Shown here piece by piece: positions 7,126 through 16,283 of a stretch of 25,155 nt of DNA. A model generated the notes under the pieces. The model did not search any database. It had not been told where the DNA came from and was given only the letters and a program-made list of their open reading frames with translations. Origin of the DNA: a virus (lineage: Duplodnaviria; Caudoviricetes); IMG/VR virus record IMGVR_UViG_3300022844_000024, positions 1-25,155 of that record, one strand, 5' to 3'. The translations under genes and the position numbers were made by a program. Numbering within the stretch: position 1 is the stretch's first letter; every line of letters starts with the position of its first letter.

Positions 7126-7934
7126 CTGGTATTTACACGATCAGGATTGCCCATTACTATTACTTTGGGCAAAGCGTTTCAATCCCTAAGCGGGTGAAGT
7201 CACATCTTCTGTACCTGCGGAAGGGAATACACGCCAACCAGAAGATGCAGAACATATTCAACAAGTATGGGGAGGACCAGTTCACATGGACTAAGGACAT
7301 TGACTGCCCGCCGCAGGACATGAATCGGTGGGAGTCGTACATGATAGCACATTTCTTTGACGACCCCCTGAACATGAACCTGATCAACGGGCAGGCTAAA
7401 CCCGGTGGGGTCTACAAACCGGCTCATGGCAGGGACTTCGCGTTTATATCATGGGAAGGCCGGTTGACGTTGTACAACCGGCACAGGGATGCCGCCGATG
7501 ACATTGGCGTATCCAGAGGAACTGTTTCAAACTGGCTACTCGGAACACGTTCGTGTAGCAAGGGTATCATCTACTACATAGGGAAGAAGAAAATGGAAAA
7601 ATACACAGAACACGTTGGAATGATAAATGGGATAAAGAATGCCCTTAACAGCGAGGGAGATCAGGTTAGAATAGCCACCGTGGGCTTGGAAGTGGTTGAC
7701 TTACTGTTACGGAAGAACACCGACTATGGAGGTTCTGCGTATCAGCGGCCAATCCTTGCACCACATCTGGACCCGATGACGGCAATGGAATGCCGAATGT
7801 CTGATAAGATAGCAAGGCTCATCACCTTGTGCGAAAAGCCCCGAGGGGCTGAGTTGGTCGACGAAACCCTTGAGGACACTTACAGGGATTTGATCGGCTA
7901 TATGATTCTGTACATTGCTTTTAAAGGAGCCTAG
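7122..7934 (+). CDS. GIY-YIG endonuclease plus HTH (NUMOD1-like), fused in frame to a DUF1599/Nmad1 domain
   Basis: N-term GIY...YFGQS...R...H...HANQKMQNIFNKYG; middle AADDIGVSRGTVSNWL; C-term RKNTDYG, RMSDKIARL, DETLEDTYRDLIGY. Possible internal start at ATG 7593. Confidence 0.8.
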   Translation: MTGIYTIRIAHYYYFGQSVSIPKRVKSHLLYLRKGIHANQKMQNIFNKYGEDQFTWTKDIDCPPQDMNRWESYMIAHFFDDPLNMNLINGQAKPGGVYKPAHGRDFAFISWEGRLTLYNRHRDAADDIGVSRGTVSNWLLGTRSCSKGIIYYIGKKKMEKYTEHVGMINGIKNALNSEGDQVRIATVGLEVVDLLLRKNTDYGGSAYQRPILAPHLDPMTAMECRMSDKIARLITLCEKPRGAELVDETLEDTYRDLIGYMILYIAFKGA

Positions 7935-7936
7935 AA

Positions 7937-8578
7937 ATGTCTTATTATGTTGGAACAAAGTGTGAATGCCCGCCCCCAGCGAACGGAAAGCCACGGGAGA
8001 TAAAAGTTAAAAACCGGCTAGGTTTCGTAGGCCGTAATGGGGTGTGGTGTTCGATATGCCTTACGGAGTGCAAGGAAAAGAGACTGGTAAAAGAAGAGAC
8101 CGCCAGCCCAACCTGCAAGGTATGCCATGGGGAGGGCACTTACGCAGCCCCCCATTGTGGTGGTAATACCTATACCCCCTGCCACTGCCTTAGAAGAAAT
8201 AGGGGGCCGCAAGTTGTGGAGGACCCCCTTAGCCCCAGGCCTGCTGACCCAATACAATTACAAGAGCACGCACTTCAGTTATTAGATACGCTGCCCGAAG
8301 AAACGCCGGTATGGCTCACAGCACGATGGGAGGGGCGGGAAGCATGGTCCGCATCAATACTAAGAGCTTTGGCGGTACTAAAAGCCTCGTCAGTGATAAA
8401 CCCCCAAGCGGAAAAGGAAGGGAGTCCTGAGGTGCCTGTGGAACCTTCACCATCCCTCCTAGAATCACAGTCAGGGGTATCGTGGACCGCAGAGTGGACC
8501 ACGGTATCGGGGTATGGAAGGCCTCCCAAATTGACCGTGACATATTCACCCCCACTCCAGAATGAGGAGCCATCTTGA
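7937..8578 (+). CDS. Hypothetical protein with Cys-rich (putative Zn-binding) N-terminus
   Basis: CECP, CSIC, CKVCHGEG...PCHC; AAGGAG Shine-Dalgarno; coupled to its neighbours. Confidence 0.7.
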   Translation: MSYYVGTKCECPPPANGKPREIKVKNRLGFVGRNGVWCSICLTECKEKRLVKEETASPTCKVCHGEGTYAAPHCGGNTYTPCHCLRRNRGPQVVEDPLSPRPADPIQLQEHALQLLDTLPEETPVWLTARWEGREAWSASILRALAVLKASSVINPQAEKEGSPEVPVEPSPSLLESQSGVSWTAEWTTVSGYGRPPKLTVTYSPPLQNEEPS

Positions 8579-9912
8579 AGTTCCAACCGCACGCCTATCA
8601 AGTTGGCGGGATCAATTTCCTGAAGGACAACTCCCATAGGGGGGCAGCCCTGCTACTTGACCCCGGCCACGGCAAGACAGCCATGTGTCTTACGTGGATT
8701 TTAGACAAGGACATCACGCCAATCATCGTTGCACCACCTAGAGTGGTGCAGACGGTGTGGAGGCAGGAAGCTGCCAAATGGGACGACTTCAAAGGGATGA
8801 AAATTGTAGCTGTTGAGGGCGCTCCAAAGGAAAGGATCAAGTTACTGGGGATTCCTGCCGATGCTTATCTTATCAGTTGTGATCAGATGAAGTGGCTACT
8901 GGAGAACCGGGACTTAATCTCAGAGCATGTAAATGGGTTGATCGTTGATGAATCCACGAAATTCAAAACGTGGAAGGCCCAGCGAACGAAGGCTCTGGTC
9001 AAGCTATCCAAGACGTTCGGGCACAAGGTTATTCTAACGGGCACCCCTGTGCCAAACACGTTGTGTGATCTTTATGCCCAGATGTATATATGCGACGATG
9101 GGGATTCACTGGGGAAGTACATATCCCACTTCCACAAAAAGTATTTCTATCAGGGGGGTTTCAAAGGATACGACTGGCTCCCACAGGTCAATGCCAAAGA
9201 GAGGATCGAAGAGGCTGTCAGGGATCGCTGCTATCGCATAGAGGGTGGGGTTAAGCTACCAGACCTAACCATCAACGACATTATCGTACAACTCCCTAAG
9301 GAGGCTAAGGCGACGTACAGCCAGCTTCACCGGGATATGATGGCGTCGATTGATGGGGAAGACTTCATAGCTTCTAATGCAGGTGCGAAGTATGGTATGT
9401 GCAGGCAGGTGGCTAATGGTGCCCTGTATTCCGAGGACGGGTACAACACTATACACGACGAGAAGATCAAAGTGGTCGACAGCCTACTTGAGGATCTAAA
9501 TGGAAAACCCTTGCTTGTGGCCTATCAATTTCGCCACGACCTGAGTAGACTACAACAGGCGTTCGGGAAACGAATGAAGGATATCTCTGGTGCCACCAAA
9601 GGCAAGGATGCCGCTAAGATCATTGAGGATTGGAACGCCGGTAAGATCCAGCTACTGACGGTGCAGCCTCAAAGTCTTAGCCATGGGGTGAACATGCAGG
9701 GATGTGGCACCCACATAGCATGGTTTGGGCTGACCAACAATCTGGAGACCTACATTCAATTCAACGCCCGGCTGTACCGGCAGGGGGTAACAGGGGCGGT
9801 TACCCTACACAGAATTTTAGCCGACAAGACTGTGGACCTAGCCATCCGCGAGACCATCGAACGTAAAGATGTCTCGCAGAAGTCTATCCTAGAAGCATTA
9901 AGGAGAATATGA
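8575..9912 (+). CDS. SNF2-family (SF2) helicase
   Basis: Q motif PHAYQ, Walker A LDPGHGKT, IVDES, LTGTP, HGVNMQ, Q.NARLYRQG. Confidence 0.93.
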   Translation: MKFQPHAYQVGGINFLKDNSHRGAALLLDPGHGKTAMCLTWILDKDITPIIVAPPRVVQTVWRQEAAKWDDFKGMKIVAVEGAPKERIKLLGIPADAYLISCDQMKWLLENRDLISEHVNGLIVDESTKFKTWKAQRTKALVKLSKTFGHKVILTGTPVPNTLCDLYAQMYICDDGDSLGKYISHFHKKYFYQGGFKGYDWLPQVNAKERIEEAVRDRCYRIEGGVKLPDLTINDIIVQLPKEAKATYSQLHRDMMASIDGEDFIASNAGAKYGMCRQVANGALYSEDGYNTIHDEKIKVVDSLLEDLNGKPLLVAYQFRHDLSRLQQAFGKRMKDISGATKGKDAAKIIEDWNAGKIQLLTVQPQSLSHGVNMQGCGTHIAWFGLTNNLETYIQFNARLYRQGVTGAVTLHRILADKTVDLAIRETIERKDVSQKSILEALRRI

Positions 9913-11855
9913 TGAGCCTCGACCCAAAGCAAAACCTTATCGCCTCGCTCGCTGCTGAGGGTTTTCAATACGATAGTAATAGCCGGCGAGCACAGTGCCC
10001 CCACCACGGGAGCGCTGATTCCAGCTTCAACCTAGCATTAAACGAGAATGAAAATGGGGACTTACTACTGCACTGCCACTCGCATGGATGTTCCGCTTCG
10101 CAGGTATGCCAATCTCTGGGGATTGCTGAGTCAGAGCTATTCGCGACGGATGAGGTTAAAGCCCGCAAACAGTCCGAGGCTAAGAAGCCCGGAACGAAGA
10201 TTGGAGCGTCAGACCCTCAAATCCTCATCGACATGTACGAGTCCCGGCTGGGAGCATGTGGAAGTGTCTACTCTTATGATGACAAGGCAGGGAAGACGTG
10301 CGGGATGGTACTACGTTTCGATTCTGAAGGTGGTGCCAAGCAGTTCCGGCAAATTAGCTCAACGGACAATGGATGGGTATGTGAGGGCATGCCCTCCCCC
10401 CGGCCTCTTTACAACCTGCCGAACGTCATTGAGAGCGATTTTGTCGTGGTTGTGGAAGGGGAAAAAGCCGCTGAAGTAGCCAAGTCACTTGGGTATAATG
10501 CAACCACCCCCACACAGGGCTGTAAGTCACCCCATCTTACGGATTGGTCCGTACTCGCACGTAAAACCGTTTGGATTCTACCAGACAATGATGAGCAGGG
10601 CTGGGCGTTCGCCGATAAGGTTCTCACCCTGCTGCCGAAGTCATGTGTGGTGGAAGTGCGAATCCTAAGCCGTGAGTTTGAGTTACCAGAGGGTGGCGAC
10701 ATAGCCGACATTGTTGGCAACCCCGCCGACATAATCAAAGCCATATCTCGGATACCTCCAACGTACAGTCGGGTTCCATCCGAGGAAGAAATGAATGGCC
10801 GCTTCGCCGGTCGGTCTGTTGATGAGCTATGGGATGCAGCGGAGGAACCCCTCGACTGGTTGGTCGAAGGGGTATTCGTCGCTGAGCAGCCCACGGTCAT
10901 TGGGGCTAAGCAGAAGTCCCTGAAGACGACCCTATTGTCGGACCTTGTTGTAGCACTCGCTACAGCAACGCCGTGGATAGGTAAATTCCACGTCCCTAAG
11001 AAACGCCGCGTGCTATTCATCACCGGGGAATCATCCGAACGTGGTAGCATGAAGCGGATTATTCGTGCGGTGGAATCGAGAGGGTTTGGCCGAAAGGACA
11101 TCGGCGACGGGCTACGCATTGAAACGCGAGCCTTCCCGAATCTACCAAGTGCATCTGACTGCCTTGATCTCAGCAATGTTGTTCAGATGTTCGGGATCGA
11201 AGTAGTTATTGTGGACCCTCTGTATATGGGCCTTCAGGGCATCAATTCGAGTAACCTAATGGAGGTTGGGCCAGCCCTACGTCGATTCATGGCGTGCTGT
11301 AGGCCCGCCTCAATGGTCTTGGCTCACCATGTGAAGAAAACAGCGGACTATACCGATGCACCAAACCTAGAAGACCTGTCTCAAGCGGGCATCGCCGAGT
11401 TTGCAGGGAACTACTGGCTTATGGGCCGCCTGAGCGAATACGTTGGCGATGGCAAGCATGAACTGGCCGTTCGGCACGGTGGCCGCGACGACCAGTTTGG
11501 AAGCTATAAGCTGGACTTCGACGAGAGCGAATGGAAAGCCGACTTCACGTCACTGGCGGATTGGAGAGAGCAGAAGAAAATGCAGGGAGAGGTTGACAAA
11601 CAGCAGCAGCACCAACGTAAGGTGGACGATAAAGTCCATAAGGAAGAAGAACTCTACACAGCCAAGCGGGATATCGTGATAGGCATGGCCGCTGATCTCG
11701 GTACTTTCACCTCAAATCAGATTTGTTCTAAAGGGAAGTACAAGCTAGCCCTTGACAGAATGGCGGGAGAGGGATATCTTGAGGCTGTCAATCCACTAAC
11801 AAAGCTGGGAACGCCCGGCAAAGTAACTCATTACAGGCTAAAGGAAAAATTATGA
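9909..11855 (+). CDS. Primase-helicase (Zn finger + Toprim + RepA-like AAA helicase)
   Basis: CPHH...HCHSHGC Zn finger; VVEGEK, PDND and GGDIAD Toprim motifs; AKQKSLKT Walker A variant, VIVDPL Walker B, LAHHVKK. Confidence 0.9.
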   Translation: MMSLDPKQNLIASLAAEGFQYDSNSRRAQCPHHGSADSSFNLALNENENGDLLLHCHSHGCSASQVCQSLGIAESELFATDEVKARKQSEAKKPGTKIGASDPQILIDMYESRLGACGSVYSYDDKAGKTCGMVLRFDSEGGAKQFRQISSTDNGWVCEGMPSPRPLYNLPNVIESDFVVVVEGEKAAEVAKSLGYNATTPTQGCKSPHLTDWSVLARKTVWILPDNDEQGWAFADKVLTLLPKSCVVEVRILSREFELPEGGDIADIVGNPADIIKAISRIPPTYSRVPSEEEMNGRFAGRSVDELWDAAEEPLDWLVEGVFVAEQPTVIGAKQKSLKTTLLSDLVVALATATPWIGKFHVPKKRRVLFITGESSERGSMKRIIRAVESRGFGRKDIGDGLRIETRAFPNLPSASDCLDLSNVVQMFGIEVVIVDPLYMGLQGINSSNLMEVGPALRRFMACCRPASMVLAHHVKKTADYTDAPNLEDLSQAGIAEFAGNYWLMGRLSEYVGDGKHELAVRHGGRDDQFGSYKLDFDESEWKADFTSLADWREQKKMQGEVDKQQQHQRKVDDKVHKEEELYTAKRDIVIGMAADLGTFTSNQICSKGKYKLALDRMAGEGYLEAVNPLTKLGTPGKVTHYRLKEKL

Positions 11856-12355
11856 ACACAGTTGAAGACCACATCGGCTTGGCTACTTTCTTCGCCAGAC
11901 TATACTCGAACGATCTTTATATTGAGGACACTGAGGAGTATGCAGAGGCGTTGATGGGCATCCACGATGCTTGCCAGACGTTCGATGAAGAACTGGGAGT
12001 GCCATTCTCCTCATACGCATGGCGGGCGATGGGCAACAGAGTCCTCAACCTGAAACGCAGCCGTGAGAAGAAAAGCCACATCTGGCCGAAAGACTGTGTA
12101 TGGGGAGGCATACTGGAAGAAGGTGTAGAGGACCTACACAGCGATGAAGATTTCCAGTGGAGTGAGGAGGCTATGAAGAAGTTGGTTAAGGTTATGGCCT
12201 CCCAGAGGGTCCTAACATCAAAACAAGAAAAACTGATTTCTTTAATGATGAAGGGGTTTACAGACAAGGAGCTACGTGATACAATGGGTATCACGAAACA
12301 GGCTGTCTCTCGTATGAGAGGCGATGCCATTAAGAAACTTCAAGAACTTGTTTAA
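11852..12355 (+). CDS. Phage-encoded sigma70-family RNA polymerase sigma factor (regions 2 and 4)
   Basis: EALMGIHDACQTFDEELGVPFSSYA (region 2); LTSKQEKLI...DKELRDTMGITKQAVSRMRGDAIKKL (region 4 HTH). Confidence 0.88.
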   Translation: MNTVEDHIGLATFFARLYSNDLYIEDTEEYAEALMGIHDACQTFDEELGVPFSSYAWRAMGNRVLNLKRSREKKSHIWPKDCVWGGILEEGVEDLHSDEDFQWSEEAMKKLVKVMASQRVLTSKQEKLISLMMKGFTDKELRDTMGITKQAVSRMRGDAIKKLQELV

Positions 12356-12366
12356 GGGTAAAGAAA

Positions 12367-12600
12367 ATGATTTTGAACACATACATCCTGCCGGGAGATG
12401 TCCAAGAGTTGGTTACGGAATGTTTGGAGGCGAACGCCCCAGAAACTTTACAGAGCATGTACGACACTTCCGCGAGTATGGGAGCTGCTGCACTAGAACT
12501 TACACCGGGGAGTACGAGGGCGTTAGCATTGCAGATTGCAGCATTAGCTTGCATCGGGGCTAGCGTATTGATATCCCTCAAGCATCAGGAAACGAAATAA
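12367..12600 (+). CDS. Hypothetical protein (77 aa)
   Basis: Fills the operon gap; TAATG overlap with the next ORF. Confidence 0.55.
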   Translation: MILNTYILPGDVQELVTECLEANAPETLQSMYDTSASMGAAALELTPGSTRALALQIAALACIGASVLISLKHQETK

Positions 12601-12929
12601 TGCCACTTAATAAAGCACTCCTGGCTTACACCGTCAACCAGCTTGTCACTGACCCTAAGATACGATCTGTAATAGGCTGGGTACTATTCCAAGGACCCGT
12701 GTCGAAATTCGACAGTCTCATTGAAAAAGAGGTCGCTGAGTCACTTGGTCTGACCCCAGACGATGCACGGTATTTGTTCTCCCCACGTCGTACGATTTCA
12801 GAGGTACATAGGCGTGCATCTGAGCTAATCAACGGGGGTTGCTGCGACAAATATGATGAACGCGGGTATGATGAGTACGGCAGAGACCGAAGCGGTGGCC
12901 CGCTGCCGCTGATTGTTGTTGACGAGTAG
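12600..12929 (+). CDS. Hypothetical protein with short C-terminal DxxG(Y) repeats
   Basis: AESLGLTPDDARYLF motif; YDERGYDEYGRDRSG; ends just before the terminator. Confidence 0.7.
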   Translation: MPLNKALLAYTVNQLVTDPKIRSVIGWVLFQGPVSKFDSLIEKEVAESLGLTPDDARYLFSPRRTISEVHRRASELINGGCCDKYDERGYDEYGRDRSGGPLPLIVVDE

Positions 12930-12933
12930 ACGT

Positions 12934-12972
12934 AAAAAAACAGCACAGGGACCCGACCCCCTGTGCTGTTTT
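12934..12972. terminator. Bidirectional intrinsic terminator between the convergent early and late blocks
   Basis: AAAAAAA-CAGCACAGGG, 8-nt loop, CCCTGTGCTG-TTTT. Confidence 0.88.
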
Positions 12973-13004
12973 CCCTTTGGGCCACATGACGTGACCCGCC
13001 GTTT

Positions 13005-13331
13005 CTACTGTGCGATCTTTGTATTTGGGTTCGTCAGGACTGACAGGATACCCTCATGCAATTCCATGATACGCTTCTGGTTGTTTTCAATAAGATCCCT
13101 GTTTGCTTCGTGAGAACACAAACGGCCTTCCATCTTAGCAACCGATACCGATAGTTCGGTGATCTGGTGCTCCTTCTGATCGTGCTCCTCTTTACAAGCG
13201 TCGAGCTTAGTGGTCAGAAGGACCAGCGTATCCTTGTTCACCTTCTCTACTCGGGAGTAGAGGTGACCAATGGCCCCTACGAGAGCCGACCCGCACGCCC
13301 CCACGACTATCAAAATGAGTTGAGTATCCAC
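13005..13331 (-). CDS. Membrane-anchored coiled-coil protein, possible holin or lysis accessory
   Basis: Start reassigned to GTG 13331 (after AGAAAG); hydrophobic LILIVVGACGSALVGAIGHLY followed by a heptad-like region; last gene of the late block. Confidence 0.55.
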   Translation of the reverse strand: MDTQLILIVVGACGSALVGAIGHLYSRVEKVNKDTLVLLTTKLDACKEEHDQKEHQITELSVSVAKMEGRLCSHEANRDLIENNQKRIMELHEGILSVLTNPNTKIAQ

Positions 13332-13365
13332 GGTGTTACTTTCTACTGGTGTTAGACGTTCGGTG

Positions 13366-13992
13366 CTATCCTTTGATATCGCAGACAAGGTCAATGGATG
13401 CAATCGTCGCCGCCACTGCTGTGCCAGTGGCTGCATCAGTGCAAGCAACCGCAATTCGGATATCAAGAACGTCCCCCGCAACTAAGCCCGCAGGGTTAAC
13501 CACAAACGACTTAGAACCGAACGTCAGGCTATTGATCGTGGTGGCCGCCGTGGTAACCAGATCCGCCCCAATGCCTGTGATCTTGTCAATCTTATAACAC
13601 TGCACATCCAGCGTACAGGACGTATCAGCGATCGTTGTGACCATCCCTGCCGAGAGATCATACGACACCGTCTGACCACTATCGTAGCACTCCGGTAGAG
13701 TGTCCTCAAACCGAGCATAGCGTGTGGTCGCCCCCGCCGCTTTTAGGTCCCCCGCCGATACCGTAGGAGGGGCCGTACCAAATACACCCCCTATAAGGGC
13801 TAAGTCGTCCCCTGCGGCTGTGCCGGGCAGATTGGTATGGTAGGCATCCCAGACCCGGAGCAATGTCAGTGCGACCGGGAAGGCCACATTTGCGTCTTGC
13901 TTCAGGATCGTCGCTCTGGTTTGAGTGGAAACGCCCGTGTCTTTTACCACAATTGAACCAGTGATCTGTAGTTCGTCTATTCTTGTTGCCAC
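13366..13992 (-). CDS. Putative virion structural protein (beta-rich)
   Basis: Ala/Thr/Gly-rich with beta-strand pattern; located in the tail gene block. Confidence 0.65.
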   Translation of the reverse strand: MATRIDELQITGSIVVKDTGVSTQTRATILKQDANVAFPVALTLLRVWDAYHTNLPGTAAGDDLALIGGVFGTAPPTVSAGDLKAAGATTRYARFEDTLPECYDSGQTVSYDLSAGMVTTIADTSCTLDVQCYKIDKITGIGADLVTTAATTINSLTFGSKSFVVNPAGLVAGDVLDIRIAVACTDAATGTAVAATIASIDLVCDIKG

Positions 13993-13994
13993 AG

Positions 13995-14570
13995 TTAGGT
14001 CTTTCGTTCGGTTAGGTTAGTGGGGATGGCCCCGTTGTTAATTGCTTCATCAACCCACGCCCCAATTTTTGATCGGGCGTAGCTATTGTAGGGCAGCAGC
14101 CCCGCGTTATCGATTACAGACTCTGCCATTATTGCCAATCGCTGCCACAATGCAGGTGCCACCCGCTTGGCATTTTCCACGATGTCCGAGATAGTGATTT
14201 CACGGGCTTCTCGAACTTCGTTCGGTGTCATGGTGTTCAGCAGGTTGATCCGTTTCCGGCAATCTGCACATGGGATTTCAACCCCTGTCTCCCGTTTGAT
14301 AATCACATGCAGCTCGTCGCCGATACGCGACTTGATGTGATTAACTGCGGCTTTCCTCACCTCTCTTTTATCGCAGAATCCTAAGGGCGTGTTGACCGGA
14401 GTATCCGGGGCTGTTGCACCTAGCTTCCCCTCCTCCCACGCCCGCCAGTATTTCAGCCCGCAGTCGGATGAGTCAGCCACGCCGCTGCAAAGCTGATGCT
14501 GACGTGGCTTCTTATCCATCTTATGCCGGTTGCAGTAGCCGGCAATTGGGCATTCGCAATGTATGTTCAT
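13995..14570 (-). CDS. Cys/His-rich tail-associated hypothetical protein
   Basis: Start ATG 14570 (ATGA overlap); CECPIAGYCNRH...HQLC and IGDEL...PCADCRKRINLLN. Confidence 0.7.
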   Translation of the reverse strand: MNIHCECPIAGYCNRHKMDKKPRQHQLCSGVADSSDCGLKYWRAWEEGKLGATAPDTPVNTPLGFCDKREVRKAAVNHIKSRIGDELHVIIKRETGVEIPCADCRKRINLLNTMTPNEVREAREITISDIVENAKRVAPALWQRLAIMAESVIDNAGLLPYNSYARSKIGAWVDEAINNGAIPTNLTERKT

Positions 14571-16282
14571 TCGGTCACCGTAACTAAAATCGTAGTAGAT
14601 GTGATGAATGGTGAGTCCGCTGGCCCGCAGCACGCAAGGCCGGCTGAGTATGACCCAGACCAGTCAAACTGAATTGGATCGCAGACCGCTGTATCCGCCA
14701 ATGCGACGTATTGGCAGGAACCCATGCCCCTTACATCTATTGACCAACCGGACCCACCGCACGACAGAATGACCGTGACTGTCTCCGTGCAGAAAACCGC
14801 AGTACCCTTCCAAATGTTTCCCGCCGGTTCTTCGAACAGTGTCACCGTACCTGTAGGGCACAGCGTGCAGCCGAACGTAATGTCTGCGGACAGCACGCGG
14901 GGGATGGGGCGATCACAGCAACCGCCTACCGACCCACATTGGCCATCACACCAAGCACAACTCCAGTCCACAAGGTAGTCAGTTGTGCCATCCGTAAACT
15001 CCCAGAAAAACGAAGGATTAGGGCAAGCGTCTGGGTACACCAACGGTCGCCGCATTGGCTGTGATGTAGATGTGATGCCAACCCCACCTGGTGGGGCCAA
15101 CTCAAGAACACAGCACCTAACCAGTTTGATCCGCAACTTATCGCCGCTGATCGCGGTGGACCCTGTTGTGTCGATCCTGATCTTAACCTTACCAAGGTTA
15201 AGAGGGTCAGTGTCCGTGTACACCACGTCGAGATCTGCCTGAAATGGCTTGAGTGCATCACCCCATTCAGCACGTCCCGTTATTGTACCAAGGGAGACCC
15301 ACGCGGATGTAACCCAGTTCCAAGCGAAGAACTCCGCACTGGAGCCTTCCCCTGTTAGTGTGCCAACCCACGTCACCTCATTTGCGATTTGTTCATCTGC
15401 CGCAAAGGTGTAGTCTACACTTGTCGTGCTACCAGAAACTAAATGCGAATTGCCATCAGTAAGCCATAGCAGCCGGTTAATGTCACAGGCTAGTGATGAT
15501 TCCGTGCCGGTATTTATCACTCGGCTGGATGGCGATAGCTCAATCACGCCGGGAATCTTAACCACCCAGCCATCGGACCGCGTCCAGACTGTATCGGTGC
15601 CGTAGATTATCGTTGGCCCGCCGTCGCATCCCGTTGCTGTCCGCTCCGTATGCACTCCCGTGACAATCTCACCCGATCCCCGGTAGGTGAAGTCGGCGGA
15701 CGTTCGTGAATACACTCCAAAGCAGGCGTCACGGCATATACACCCACAACCAGCACACTTGGTGGTTTCAGAAACAACCAGTGTTTCCGAAGGAGCCAAT
15801 GACAGTGTGAACGATGCACCATGTGCAGTGGCTGGCACCGTCCACGAGAATATAAATTCACAGCACTTCTTTGAGTGGCGGCCATCACATTCCGTCAACG
15901 CCGGGTCGGTGTGATCAATCAGTGTTGTACCTGATACGCCGAGTGCAACAATCTCATATTTCAAGTAGCACAGGTCATCAAGGTCGTTGATGATGAATCG
16001 AATGACCAGTGTTCCCTGAACGCCATAGAGATCAAAGTCGCCTGTATAAATTATTGGCTCACCGCCGGTATCATATGCTCCATCGCACGCCGAGAACATC
16101 GACCTGACAAGCATTGTGTCGCCACCTAACGTCTCCGCAGTGGCACAGATGGCCTTGGGGATGCAACTACAGCACCTTGCCGTTATGGGCTGATACGCCG
16201 TTGTCGCCAACGACGGGTCGTAAGGCTTGCTGTAGCAGCCACCACAGCAACAGCCGCCACCTTGAGCACCTTTGGAAACCAT
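14567..16282 (-). CDS. Cysteine-rich tail tip/fibre protein (possible receptor-binding protein)
   Basis: 571 aa, about 36 Cys by manual count, Thr/Gly/Ser-rich, downstream of the tape measure gene. Confidence 0.7.
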   Translation of the reverse strand: MVSKGAQGGGCCCGGCYSKPYDPSLATTAYQPITARCCSCIPKAICATAETLGGDTMLVRSMFSACDGAYDTGGEPIIYTGDFDLYGVQGTLVIRFIINDLDDLCYLKYEIVALGVSGTTLIDHTDPALTECDGRHSKKCCEFIFSWTVPATAHGASFTLSLAPSETLVVSETTKCAGCGCICRDACFGVYSRTSADFTYRGSGEIVTGVHTERTATGCDGGPTIIYGTDTVWTRSDGWVVKIPGVIELSPSSRVINTGTESSLACDINRLLWLTDGNSHLVSGSTTSVDYTFAADEQIANEVTWVGTLTGEGSSAEFFAWNWVTSAWVSLGTITGRAEWGDALKPFQADLDVVYTDTDPLNLGKVKIRIDTTGSTAISGDKLRIKLVRCCVLELAPPGGVGITSTSQPMRRPLVYPDACPNPSFFWEFTDGTTDYLVDWSCAWCDGQCGSVGGCCDRPIPRVLSADITFGCTLCPTGTVTLFEEPAGNIWKGTAVFCTETVTVILSCGGSGWSIDVRGMGSCQYVALADTAVCDPIQFDWSGSYSAGLACCGPADSPFITSTTILVTVTE

Positions 16283-16283
16283 G

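Noticed and set aside
10409-11176. 255-aa antisense ORF, and similar antisense ORFs over pol, sigma and tape measure genes
   Set aside because: Shadow frames of well-supported genes; Ser/Arg/Pro-rich with no motifs
13332-13481. Long N-terminal extensions in the ORF track (also 14571-14633, 22189-22254, 6787-6843)
   Set aside because: They overlap upstream genes extensively; downstream starts give normal coupling and better ribosome-binding sites
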